Source: Somniosus microcephalus (Eukaryota). Taken from it: DNA of 64,000 nt. The stretch spans positions 23,436,001 through 23,500,000 of the forward strand of contig CM126227.1 of the NCBI GenBank assembly GCA_052327205.1, in the 5' to 3' direction. Both the position numbers and the translations under genes were made by a program. Positions 26,511 to 39,215 of this stretch are shown in pieces (position 1 is the first letter of the stretch; every line of letters begins with the position of its first letter). Under the pieces are notes generated by a model that made no database searches, was not told the DNA's origin, and saw only the letters and a list, made by a program, of their open reading frames with translations.

Positions 26511-26646
26511 AAAAAGAAAATACCGCAGATGCTGGAAATCTGAAATAAAAACAGAAAATGCTGGAGAAACTCAGCAGGTCAGGCAGCATCTGTGAAGAGA
26601 GAAACAGAGTTAACGTTTCAGGTCAATGACCTTTCGTCAGAACTGG
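26511..26646 (-). mobile_element. 136-bp Penelope-like terminal fragment
   Basis: Perfect 12-bp TSD GCTCATTATCAC (26499-26510 and 26647-26658); contains a hammerhead core; typical shark gatgctgg...ctcagcaggtcaggcagcatctgtg repeat. Confidence 0.85.
26608..26644 (-). ncRNA. Minimal type I hammerhead ribozyme (Penelope-type)
   Basis: Minus strand reads agtt-CTGACGA-a-AGGTC-att-GACCT-GAAA-cg-TT-aact: core, stem II, palindromic ACGT stem III, stem I agtt/aact. Confidence 0.8.
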
Positions 26647-27069
26647 GCTCATTATCACGTTCAATTGTGATTCGAGAAACAGCGAGTAATTTCTGTTTTT
26701 TTCCCCCCATTTAATTGTAGGTAAGAAACAAGGGGAAGTCACACTGCTAATTCTTCACTGTGAAAACTTAATAACATCTTACAAGACAAATTGAGAAACA
26801 CTGCTATAATTTAAAAAGTTTCATAACATAATTTAAATAACCTTTGTCTCCTTGGAGAGCAGAAGGCAAACTCAATAAAGTCACAGTACTGACAGCTAAC
26901 AATCACTGATGTGTGGTGGCATAATCATGGTACTGAAGCAAGCTTAAGCTGTTAGCATAAAATATTTTTGCTTCCCTCATTTTCTTCCCCACCCCCTTCA
27001 AATCATGCCGAGATATGGTTCGACAGGCCATGTAACTCCTCCCCTCCCCATATCTCAATAAAATACCTA

Positions 27070-27763
27070 GGGGGAAAAATTTGTTTGATTTGCGCCTCAC
27101 ACTAATGGGGTGCAAAGCAACTAGCACCGCTAACGCCTCCCGCGAAATTCAGCGTGAGGTTAGTGGCGGTGGTAACCGTTAGCACCCCGCGATACTGCCG
27201 GCGATGACGTCATCGCCATGCGCAGCGCCCCGCTCACACCCCGGCTGCGATCTTCGGTAGCGCCCCCTGGCTTACCGCCGGACGCTATGTCCGACAGGGT
27301 CAGAGGGGTCCACCTGCGGCCGAGGCAGCGCAAATTAAAAGGGAAGGTGCAGGGCGGCCATTTTTGTTGCTGGCCACCTGCCCGCTTTGCCGTCCCCCAG
27401 CCTTCTGTGCAGCCCCCGCGGAGTGCCGGCTGCGCTCCGTGAGCCCGGCACTTCTCTCGAGTGCCGGGCTCTTTTACCAGCACTCCGATCCCTGGTGGCC
27501 CAGCTGGGCCCCGGGTCGCGCTGTGCTAGGCCCCTCCCCTTTAATAAGGGGAGTAAGGCCTGCAGCACCGCAGTGCATCGTGCTGTGATATTCACTCACA
27601 GCGCCCCAAGAGGGAAGCGGGGAGTTTCCAGTAGTGTCTCTCCTCCCTCTTGGGGCGCTACTGGTGAATTTCGGGCGCGGGGGTGCTAACTTTTTTGGGG
27701 CGCTAAAAGTAGCGCCCCAGCGAAGTTAGCGCCCCAAAGGGGGCGCGTCCCAATTTTTCCCAC
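27070..27763. mobile_element. GC/CpG-rich MITE (Harbinger-type ends)
   Basis: TIR-like ggggaaaaatt / aatttttccc; sharp GC shift; repeated tagcgcccc subterminal motifs. Confidence 0.75.
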
Positions 27764-27764
27764 C

Positions 27765-28042
27765 TGTTCTTTATACTTGAGGTTTCACAAGAATGTTAAA
27801 GCATTATTCCGCACATCACAGTCAAGACCCAACGTATCCTCACTTATATCCAATTTAAAGCAGTTTCCAGCAAGGATTATTAGATAGTGAACATGGAACT
27901 GCCGCCCCCAGGTACACAGAGCAATTGTAGTCCTCCTGCTATAAAATCAGACAACTATAAACCGATCTGATCTCAAACCTTGTCCCTTCTTGGCCTGTGA
28001 TGCCCAATATCAGAAAACACGGTGCAGTTACCCACTGAGCCA
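27765..28042 (-). mobile_element. Degraded AmnSINE2-like SINE (5' part; the 3' part probably lies at ~26970-27069)
   Basis: Head tggctcagtgggtaactgcacc on the minus strand; colinear with other copies. Confidence 0.55.
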
Positions 28043-28074
28043 GGCATTTTCCTATAAACAAAAGTAAAACTCAC

Positions 28075-28168
28075 TTGTGGTCATTTATACTGGAGGACTG
28101 CTGATATGTCCAAGTTGTTTCTACAAGTGTATTGGCTAGGTGTCCTATTACAAAGTTGCCATCAGTCA
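28075..28168 (-). CDS. Candidate 94-nt internal exon of an unidentified host gene (TDGNFVIGHLANTLVETTWTYQQSSSINDH)
   Basis: ctaactgttcatttag| acceptor and |gtgagt donor; only one frame open; peptide not recognised. Confidence 0.3.
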
Positions 28169-29072
28169 CTAAATGAACAGTTAGATTTCATAAAATTGTG
28201 TAATTGGAACCTTGAAATCATTACCTATGAAAACAATTCTGAAATATTTCTCCTATAATTAAATTTGTAATCGTATCCAACCAATGGCTTCTTTTTAATT
28301 CTATTTCATGATATGCAATACTGAAAATAGTACAGTGAGGCTTTATTGCGATGTCCCTGTAATAGATTTACCGAGAGACAATTCACAGTTGATTATTTTA
28401 TTTTGAGTGCGCGCACGGGGTGGATGAAAGCGAATTAGAAGCCAACAATCTAATGGAAGGGTTTGGACGTCACAAGTCATGTGGATTAAGCCTGATTGGA
28501 TAGTTCAACCGTATTTCCAGCCAATGGTCCTCAAAAGGACATCTTGTAATTTCATTTGAGGTTGAACCTCAATTATCCATGCTCCCATTATCTGTAATCT
28601 CTCTTACACGCAACAATTTATGGGAGTTAGGAGACAAGCGGTCTGCATTATAGGGAGCAGCAAGAGAGAGAACTGATCAACAGTTTACAAAAAATAGAGG
28701 AGGCTTTCATTGATCACTTTCCTTAAATTCTTTCTCTTTTCAAATGTTTTATTCAGTACTTGTTGAACTGGCTGTCTGTACAAGCCCACGCTTACTAGAC
28801 TACAAAGAAATGCACCATAGCAATCCAATTTTAATACTGCCCCTGTTCAAATAATATAACTTATGGCTACCAGTGAGATAATATATTTGTGTAAACTGTA
28901 TAACTGACCAGCCACAACACCATTACTACCTCAATGTCCAGGAGTTAGCCCAGTGGTCTCCAACCTATGGCTCTAAGGCTATAAATGGCCGCAGGCCACT
29001 GGCAATCTGGCCTCAAAGCCCAGGCAACACATTCCTGTTTGCATTTATACTTCTTATTTAGTGGTTTGCTAA

Positions 29073-29655
29073 TTTTTTTTTCGTTCATGGGATGTGGGTG
29101 TTGCTAGCAAGGCTAATATTTATTGCGCATCCCTAGTTGCCCTTGAGAAGTTAGATGGCCTAAAATCACACCGGTGAGCATGAAATATTCTCCATTTGGA
29201 TAGCCTTCTTGAACTGCTGCAGTCCGTGTGGTGAAGGTACTCCCACAGTGCTGTTAGGGAGGGAGTTCCAGGATTTTGACCCAGCAACGATGAAGGAACG
29301 GTGATATACTTCCAAGTCAGTTTGGCGTATGACCTGGAGGGGAACTTGGAGGTGGTGGTGTTCCCATGCGCCTGCTGCCCTTGTCCTTCTAGGTGGCAGA
29401 AGTCGCGGGTTTGGGAGGTGCTGCCGAAGGAACCTTGGCGAGTTGCTGCAGTGCATCTTGTAGATGGTACACACTGCAGCCACGGTACGCCAGTGGTGGA
29501 GGGAGTGAATGTTTAAGGTGGTGGATGGGGTGCCAATCAAGCAGGCTGCTTTGTCCTGGATGATGTTGAGCTTCTTGAGAGTGTTGTTGGAGCTGCACTC
29601 ATCCAGGCAAGTGGAGAGTATTCCATCACACTCCTGACTTGTGCCTTGTAGGTGG
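29073..29655 (-). mobile_element. CR1-group LINE 3' fragment
   Basis: Reverse complement of the 54608-55346 element (YKAQVRSVMEYSPLAWM...). Confidence 0.9.
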
Positions 29656-30175
29656 TTTGGAAAGGACTGTTCCCATTGGTGGATAAATCCTCAATCAGAA
29701 CACCAAGATCAGTTAACAGCAGCAACTTTGAGTTATATGCAAAATAATCCAAACATAGATTTGTGGCCTCTGTGGCTCCACTGTAAATATCGACGTGGCT
29801 CGTGAAGACAAAACTTTGGAGACCCCTAAGTTAGATGGCCTAAAATCACACCAGTGAGCATGAAATATTCTCCATTTGGATAGCCGATTTGGGGGTACTA
29901 CTGTTACACCCCTAGGCCAGGCTATTATGCAAATAGATAAAGAACAGCACAAGTCAATTCCCATGAAGCAAGATGCTCAAACCGCTTATAGAAGCAACTG
30001 ACACCACCAACTGCAGAAGGTAACTATGGCAGACACGAGGTTATAACACTGTGGGAGATCATCCACCCGCCCACCCTCTCTCATATACTCGAGTGATTTG
30101 TGGACACTCGGGAAGAAAACGCAGTTAAAAATGAGTGTGTTCACCCACCATTAAGATCACAGCTAATGTTGAGGT

Positions 30176-30770
30176 AACAACAACAACTTGTATTTATATA
30201 GCGCCTTTAACATAGTAAAACATCCCAAGGCGCTGCACAGGAGTATTTTAAGACAAAGAATTTGTTGCCGAACCACATAAGTATAAATTAGGGCAGATGA
30301 CCAAAAGCTTGGTCAAAGAGGTAGGTTTTAAGGAGCGTCTTAAAGGATGAAAGAGAGGTAGCGAGGCGGAGAGGTTTAGGGAGGGAATTCTGGAGCTTAG
30401 GGCCTAGGCAACAGAAGGCACGGCCACCAAAGGTTGAGCGATTATAATCAGGGATGCTCAAGAGGGCAGAATTAGAGAAGCGCAGATATCTCGGGGGGGG
30501 GGGTTGTGGGGCTGAAGGAGATTACAGAGATAGGGAGGGGCGAGGCCATGGAGGGATAGGAAAACAAGGATGAGAATTTTGAAATCGAGGCGCTGCTTAA
30601 CCGGGAGCCAATGTAGGTCAGCGAGCACAGGGGTGATGGGTGAACGGGACTTGGTGCAAGTTAGGACACGGGCAGCTGAGTTTTGGATGACCTCAAGTTT
30701 ACGTAGGGTGGAATGTGGGAGGCCAGCCAGGAGTGTGTTGGAATAGTCAAGTCTAGAGGTCACAAAGGCA
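30176..30770 (-). mobile_element. Young L2 LINE 3' fragment
   Basis: TSRLDYSNTLLAGLP...IQNSAARVLT...LHWLPV is the L2 ORF2 C-terminus; (TTG)n tail. Confidence 0.92.
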
Positions 30771-32643
30771 CAAATTCCACAACTTGCACTCGTAGCCTCT
30801 GGAAAGACCAGCTACAGGCCACATCAATAGTGAAGTCACTGAGCTGAAAAGCTCTTACATCTGTAACTCATTAGAACCATACAAAACTGTTTGAGCAGGG
30901 ACCGAGACAAGGTTCAGCATTCAAAAAATAAAAAATGCTCTTTAATCTACTTGTGATAAATTTGGTTTGTAATGTTACACCACTATAATTCATGGGGAAA
31001 AATAGTACTTCACCCAATCAGTTAAGATCTGTTTTCAAGTTGCAAAAGATTTATAACAGCGCCTAGCTCCAAATTACTCGTGACAGAAGACTGACACTCT
31101 TTATTACTGTCTGGAGACAATGTAAGCAAATAACTCCAAACAAACTGTAATAAATACGAGTAAAATTAACACATCCACACTATGTGTCAAGGCCACTCTT
31201 TTGAACCATTCTGCCATGCTTGGGTGGCACTACCAATAACAAACAGCTGCTCCTCCGGCATAAATTGAAGAAAATGTGGATTTATGCTTAGTGATTTATC
31301 CTCTTAATAAATTTGGAAGTAGGAGGGAAATGTAGAAGAAAATTATAGTCTGCTCTGGCAATATTAATTGCGGTGCGATTCCATTTCATAGTACGTGCCT
31401 TGTGATCTTTATTAGAAAATAAATCCATATTCTTCAGAGTAGATTCAACATCAGGTAAAAAAAAAAGCGCCGTGTCAACAGGTCACCAGTTTGATTAATG
31501 CTGGCTACTATTTTCATTCCATTTTAAATCCAAGAGAGGAGAGATTAGTTCCAGTCAGTCAGAGGGGCTCCAGAGTCCATCTGTGCTGCTCATATTTAGG
31601 TCATATGGTGTCACAGTGTGGGAGATGTGGTGATGCCCATGTAGCAATGCAACTAGATGATTTTTGAATTTCAAGTGTGTTGCAATGGGAAAAAAAAATG
31701 GGAATTCTTGTTGTTGTAAAAACGGAAGTTGCTTTCCAATCAAAAGAATCCCGAGTAGTTTGAGTGACCTTCATTGTTTTTTCTATCTCTGCGGTAAGTG
31801 GAAGGGGCACTATGGACCACTTACGAGAAATGAAGTAAAACATTTATATGAAAAATTTGATGGCACTTAGTAAAATTGCCCATTTCTTATTGTGCACCAT
31901 GACTATTTTATTTATTTTAGTGTACAGTGAAACATGACATTTAATCTCGCCAGTTATGCACTCAGCAGAAAGATGGACTAATAAAAAATGCCAGGGGCTG
32001 AAGAAAAAGGCCATCTTTGAAAAGAGCATTCTGTTCCACCCAACCTGGCTGACAACAATCTCTTTCTTGTCCCATCGTTCCCACCCACCCAATGCAATCC
32101 GTTTTACTCCTCATTTGGGAGGACTGGGTGTTTAGCTCACAAATAGCTCCACTGAGGGTATAACTGCTACTTCAAGGTTGATAAGACACCTCCATGCAGA
32201 ACACAAATATTGTTCCATGATTATACCAATCGACTGCAACAGGACATAGAAAGGCTAGCAGAATGGGCAGACAAGTGACAGATGGAATTTAATACAGAGA
32301 AATGTGAGGTGGTGCATTTTGGCAGAAGGAACAGGGAGAGGCAATATACACTTAATGGCACAGTTTTAAAGAGTGTGCAGGGACAGAGGGACCTGGGAGT
32401 TAATGTGCATAGGTCCCTGAAGGTGGCGGGATATTTTGAGAGTGGTTAGCAAAGCATATGGGATCTTGGGCTTCATAAATAGAGGTATTAAGTACAAAAG
32501 TTGTGCTGAACCTTTATAAAGCGCTGGTTAGGCCACAACTGGAGTATTGCATCCAGTTTTGGTCACCACACTTTAGGAAGGATGTGAAGGCACTGGAGAA
32601 GGTGCAGAGGAGATTTACCAGAATGGTTCCGGGGATGGGGGAT

Positions 32644-35197
32644 AAGAACATAAGAAATAGGAGCAGGAGTAGGCCAATCGGTCCCTCGAGCCTGCTCCGC
32701 CATTCAATAAGATCATGGCTGATCTGATCCTAACCGCCAATCCACTATCACAGAACCATCTCCTGAATCTAACAGAATTAGACACACGAAATAGGAGCAG
32801 GATCAGGCTACACGGCCCCTGGGCCCGCTCCGCTACCCACAGGGCCATGACCGATCCGAACCTAGACTCATGTCCAAATTCCTGCCCGCTCCCCGTAACC
32901 CTTAATTCCCTTTACTTCTAGGAAACTGTCTATTTCTGTTTTAAATTTATGTAATGATGTAGCTTCTACAGCTTTTTGGGGCAGCATATTCCATGGACCT
33001 ACCACCCTCTGAGTGAAGTAGTTCCTCCTCATCTCAGTTTTGAAAGAGCAGCCCCTTATTCTAAGACTATGCCCCCTAGTTCTAGTTTCACCCATCATCG
33101 GGAACATCTTCCCCGCATCCACCTGATCCAACCCCTTCACAATCTTATATGTTTCAATAAGATCGCCTCTCATTCTTCTGAACTCCAATGAGTAGAGTCC
33201 CAATCTACTCAACCTCTCCTCATATGTCCATCCCCTCATCCCCGGGATTAACCGAGTGAACCTTCTTTGTACTGACTCGAGAGCAAGTATGTCCTTTCTT
33301 AAGTATGGACACCAAAACTGTACGCAGTATTCCAGGTGCGGTCTCACCAATACCTTGTACAACTGAAGCAATACCTCCCTATTTTTGTATTCTATCCCCC
33401 TAGCAATGAAAGCCAACATTCCATTGGCCTTCTTAACCACTTGCTGCACCTGCATACTAACCTTTTGAGTTTCGTGCACCAGGACCCCCAGATCCCTTTG
33501 TACTTCAGTACTTTCCAGTTTCTTGCCATTAAGATAATAACTTGCTCTACGATTTTTCCTGCCAAAGTGCATAACCTCACACTTTCCAGTATTGTGTTCC
33601 ATCTGCCAAATCTCTGCCCACTTACTTAGCCTTTCGATGTCCCCTTGCAGGTTTTTTATGTCCTCCTCACTCACTACTTTCCCTCCCATCTTAGTATCAT
33701 GTGCAAACTTTGATATGTTACACTCGGTCCCCTCCTCCAAATCATTAATATAGATTGTAAAGAGTTGGGGACCCAGCACTGACCCCTGCGGAACACCACT
33801 AGTTACTGATTGCCAGTCTGAGAATGAACCATTTATCCCAACTCTCTGCCTTCTGTTAGATAGCCAATCCTCTATCCATGCCAGAATATTACCCCCAATC
33901 CCGTGATTTTTTATCTTAAGCAATAATCTTTTGTGTGGCACCTTGTCAAATGCCTTTTGGAAGTCTAAATACACTACGTCCACTGGTTCCCCTTTATCCA
34001 CCCTATACGTTACTTCCTCAAAGAACTCCAGCAAATTTGTCAAACATGACTTCCCCTTCATAAAACCATGCTGACTTTGTCCTATTAAATTATGATTATC
34101 CAAATGTCCTGTTACTGTCTCCTTAATAATGGACTCCAAAATTTTACCTACCACAGATGTTAGGCTAACCGGTCTATAGTTTCCAGCCTTCTGTCTACTG
34201 CCCTTTTTAAATAAGGGTGTTACATTAGCAGTTTTCCAGTCTGCCGGGACCTTTGCCGAGTCCAGGGAGTTTTGGAAAATTATTACCAATGCATCCACAA
34301 TCCCTACCGCCACTTCCCTCAAGACCCTAGGATGTAAGCCAGCAGGTCCAGGTGATTTATCCGCCTCGAGTCCCATTATTTTACCGAGTACCACTTCCTT
34401 AGTGATTTTGATCGTGTTTAGCTCCTCCCCCCCTTTAGCCCCCTGTTTGTCCAGTGTTGGGATATTCTTAGTGTCTTCTACTGTAAAGACTGATGTAAAA
34501 TATTCATTCAGTGTTTTTGCCATTTCCATATTTCCCACCATTAATTTCCCGGTCTCATCCTCTAAGGGACCAACATTTACTTTAGCCACCCTTTTTCTTT
34601 TTATATAACTATAAAAACTCTTACTATCTGTTTTTATATTTTTTGCTAATTTACTTTCATAATCTATCTTCCCTTTCTTAATCAATCTTTTTGTTATTTT
34701 TTGCTGTCTTTTAAAGTTTTCCCAATCCTCTATCCTCCCACTAGTTTTGGCTACCTTATATGCCCTTGTTTTTAGTCGAATACTATCCTTAATTTCTTTA
34801 CTTAGCCACGGATGGCTGTCTTTTCTTTTACACCCTTTTCTTCTCAGTGGAATATATTTTTTTTGGAAGTTGTAAAATAACTCCTTAAATGTACACCACT
34901 GATCATGTATCGTCTTACCCTTTAATCTATTTTCCCAATCCACTCTACTCAATTCTGCTCTCATACCTTCATAGTTTCCTTTATTCAAGCTTAGCACGCT
35001 TGTTTGAGATCCAACCTTCTCACCCTCTAATTGAATATGGAATTCAACCATGTTATGGTCACTCATTCCAAGGGGATCCTTTACTAGGACATTTTTAATT
35101 AATCCTGTCTCGTTACACAGGACCAGATCTAAGGTTGCTTGCCCCCTGGTCAGTTCAGTTACATACTGCTCAAGAAACCCATCCCTAATACACTCAA
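32644..35197 (-). mobile_element. Young 5'-truncated CR1 LINE
   Basis: Contains a 732-aa open ORF2 remnant and a (ttcttatg)-type tail. Confidence 0.96.
32868..35066 (-). pseudogene. CR1 ORF2 remnant: end of APE endonuclease plus reverse transcriptase
   Basis: SDHN, NYRPVSLTS, QHGFMKGKSC, YLDFQKAFDKV and GVPQGSVLGP motifs; catalytic FADD reads FAHD; most of the endonuclease is missing. Confidence 0.95.
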
Positions 35198-36924
35198 TGA
35201 TCTTAGCTACAAGGACAGGTTGGAGAAGCTGGATTTGTTTTCATTAGAGCAAAGGAGGTTGAGGGGTGATTTGATAGAGGTGTGCAAGATTATGACGTGT
35301 TTGGATAGGCTAGATGGGGAAAGGCTGTTCCCACTAGATGTTGATGGTACAAGGAGTAGGGGACACAGATTTAAGGTTTTGGGCAACAGATACCGGGGAG
35401 ATGTGAGGGAAAACATTTTTATGCAGCGAGAGGTTTAGGACCTGGAACTTGCTGCCGACGGAAGTGGTGGAAGCGGAGACACTCAATGTTTTCAAGGGGA
35501 GACTGGATAGGCACTTGAGGGAAATATACTTGCAGGGCTATGGGGATAGAGCGGGGGAATGGGACTGACTGGATTGCTCTAGAGAGTCAGCACGGACTCG
35601 ATGGGCTGAATGGCCTCCTTCTGTGTCGTTATGACACTATGATTAAACTCCCAACAGGTACGTTTAAGTAGTACCTGAACTGGGTTTGTGTGACATCATT
35701 TAGCCATACCCCTCAGCAGGAAAGAATGATGTCATAGCAAACCAGTTGCCATAAATAACTGAACAGGGAATATTCTATCCAGAAGAATAAGAAACAGCCG
35801 AGATGCATTCAGAATAATTAAGTGGAGAAAAGACCAAATGAACGTAACATAAATAATGCCTCTCCCCTTTAAAGCTGCATTATTACCTTGCTTGGCAGTC
35901 GAATCTAATCTTGCTTTCAAAGTTTCTAATCTCATTCCAGTTCTAACATGGACCATAGGCAAACAATCCAGGCCCCACTAATGTATTGATCTATTAGTCC
36001 TGGTGGGATGTCACAATCCGCAGCCAAACAGAAACACACTGAAGCTTATCTCAATTATCTGAGCAGAAGACTGGTGTGTCAACTTTCACGGAGATTTATA
36101 TCTTTAGCCACTGAGGAGTGAAATGACCTCGTCCTCTGTAACATTGTTCACTTCCAATCTGAAATTCTCTCCAGCTGAAAATCGGTCACAGCCTTCCTTC
36201 ATCAACAGATTTGTTTGAGCCAAAACTTAACTCTGCTTTTACTTTCTGGGCATCCCATGAACCAGTGCCATGATTGAAAGTTGGGTATGTTGCCCCTCAT
36301 CCAATAGTTACGTAATCAGCCATGCTGAGTCGCTACTTCAATTTGGAGACTGAAGCATATGCTACATAAAATCCCTAATTTTGCCAAAAAGTAAACATGC
36401 TTAATCATTTGTAAAAGGCAGTTATTGCATGCTCTAATATTGACAAGAAAAAAACACCCAGGAAATCAGACATTATTTCTTTCATAACATGAACTATTTC
36501 TTCCTTAAACATCAGCCTCTTATATTTATCTTTTGGTCCCATCAGCATCCGTATCAATTGGAGCTTATCTCTAATTTATTCAAAAATCATTTGAAATGTT
36601 AATAACCACTTTTAAAATTGGTCATCTGCATCTAATGAGCTAAAAGTGAGTTATACTTAATGTAACAAACACTAATCAATGACAGAGAAATTGGTAAACA
36701 CAATCTTCGAGGCACAATATTTGGGACAATTAAAAGCACGGATTCTGTGAATGCCTTCTATGGCAGTAAAAGCATACTTAACAAATAAAATTCATAATTC
36801 ACAAAGTCTAGAAACAGTGATCATGGACCTAACTCCCAACCTTCACGACTAATTTTATGGGCCTGCAAAGCTTTCAATAGGCTTAATTTAACATTTTCAT
36901 TTTGCTTGCAATACCATTTACTAA

Positions 36925-37050
36925 AAGTTGTTAGGTAAGGGTGTTGAAGTGATATGGAGTAAAGGTGAGTAAACAGAGTTGAGGTATAGATCAACCATGA
37001 GCTAATTGAATGGGGAACAGGCTCAAAGGGCTGAATGATCTACCATATTC
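36925..37050 (+). mobile_element. CR1 3' UTR remnant
   Basis: gatcaaccatga...gaatgg...caggctcaaagggctgaatg, similar to 42200-42270. Confidence 0.7.
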
Positions 37051-39091
37051 CTTTGTGACAAGTATTCAGAAGCTGATCATTTTCCTTCTTCCCTCTGAAC
37101 GCATCATTACACCAAGGCGCCTACAAAGCCATTCTGAACAGTTATTTCTAACTTTGGATGACCTTCAGGTTTCAAACTATCTTCCCATCAGCAATAAAGC
37201 TTTTTTTTTAAGAATGCCAGGCAGTTAGAATCATGTAATAATCAAATTCAAAGGAAGCTATGACCTTTTTCAACTATTATAATAACTGTTCCAATGTTAT
37301 GCCTAAAACTTAATGCACACAGTAGAAAAACATGCTAAGCTTACTCTCAGCAAAGCGGTAATAATGCCGATCTGAAATTGGTTGATTACTGACCGCACAC
37401 CACTTTTGTCCCCCACTGTGATTCAAATATTCAGTATTAATATAATAGCAAATTGCCAACATTCATATCATTTGGCTATACATTCCAACAACTACATCTC
37501 TCAACCATGAAATTAGAAATTTGTGATGAATTTTCTATTCATCTAGGCGCCAACTATCAGAACTAGGACGGTAAAAAGTTTCTACTTTTGCTATCTGACT
37601 CAAGTTCATGTAACTTAATTTAGATGCAAGGCAAGGCTTCTTATACAAACTATTCCAACAATAGGAGCATTTCGTATTTGTAACAAATTCGTAAATTCGA
37701 GCATAAAGAAAACATTCACAATTTTGCCATAAATAGCGAGGAGGAAATCTTCCCCAATAATATTTTAACCTTAAATTGGAGAAAAGCTGTCCTGACCACC
37801 CCACTGTCAATATTTTCTATTTCCTTCACGTATTATTCTCATGTGTATACATTCCCTGCAGCTCTTCAAAGGAGAGCTGGACAAGTTCACGAGAGAAAAA
37901 GACATTTCCTGTTATGGAAGGTAAATTGCTGGGTGGGCCGAAATAGAGGGGTACACAAATTACCATGGTCTCCTGAAGGGTACGTGACTATTTTAAGAGG
38001 GTCAGAGTGGAGTTTTGGCTAAACTGGCTTCAGGTTTCTCTTATGTGTGACTGAGGGTAGATGGGGAGACAGTGTTGTACATGGCTGCACCATGTTTGAA
38101 TGGGGCAAGACTTGCTAGACCAGAATGTCTTTTCCATTGTTCTTTTCATACGTTTATATAAACTCCTGTGCAAGTTAATTCAATGGCTATAATTTTTTTT
38201 TTGTGCAGTGGATTCTGTGCATTAAGAACTGGGTTAAGATGGCCCAATCATTTTACTCAGATCCATCAGATAGGGCAAATTTTCCCCTGTTAATTAGGGC
38301 CAAAGAGGCAAAATTCCTGACCAACACATTAACTTCAATATTTAGCAATGCTTAGTGCTTTACAAATTTTCCTACTCAAAATCAAATAGAAAATAATGGA
38401 TTTACTACAGCACAATCTTTGATATATTGCATTTTTGAATTAATATAGTTTGCCCATTAGCTGTATATGATGACCATGACATCATTTTCTTTAGATAAAA
38501 TGGCATCCTACTTTAGCCAAGCTGTCAGCTCTAACTAACATATCCACTATTTCTCCATTAGTGGTTTATCAAACTGAGAGATCACCGTTGTGATATATAA
38601 CGTAAAGAATTCCAATAGGTAGTTTCTGGTCCTTTATTTTAATTGATTATACTAAAACTCTAATAAACCCGATTTAAACCATTTGTCTCTTTCAATATTT
38701 ATTCTGCAATAAATTTTAAGTAGTCACAGGAACTGTGCAATTAAAAAGGGTTCATCTTTGCATTTTTTAAAGCAATTATTATTTGCATATACAAATTGCC
38801 TCGATTTAACTGCTACAGATCAATGATGCAGCAAGTTTATGAGAGAGGCATATCAGTAGCAATATAAATATGCTCTCAATGTTTTTACTGCAAATGGATG
38901 ATAACTTAATTTTAGTTTATTTTGCAAAACACCTTGCAGAGCCAAAGTAATATTTCCACAATTATAGAATTCTTAGCCTCCAAACAAAAAGCCTTCATTA
39001 GCCATTTCATCTATTCAAAATTAATTTATTCTCGTAAGAATTCAGCCCTAAATTTGATCATTTAAAATAGGCCTATTAATTTAATTTTAAA

Positions 39092-39215
39092 GGAAGACTT
39101 GCATTTATATAGTGCCTTTCATAACCATCAGACATCCCAAAGCGCTTTACTGCCAATAAAGTACTTTTTTTGAAGTGCAGTCACTGTTGTAATGTAGGAA
39201 ACGCAGCAGCCAATT
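39092..39215 (-). mobile_element. 3' fragment of the Deu-domain SINE
   Basis: Reverse complement of 40840-40955. Confidence 0.8.

Larger units (their letters stand above)
32232..35645 (+). mobile_element. Older CR1 3' fragment (32232-32643 plus ~35200-35645) split by a younger antisense CR1
   Basis: LYKALVRPQLEYC...RMVPGM continues after the insert as SYKDRLEKLDLFSLEQRRLRGDLIE; CR1 3' UTR follows. Confidence 0.9.

Noticed and set aside
27070-27763. CpG-island promoter or GC-rich coding exon
   Set aside because: It is bounded by inverted termini and appears to interrupt an older SINE; the overlapping ORFs are a GC-content artefact.
32868-35066. Retron, DGR or other novel reverse-transcriptase system
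   Set aside because: Motifs, 3' tail and 5' truncation are those of an ordinary CR1 LINE.
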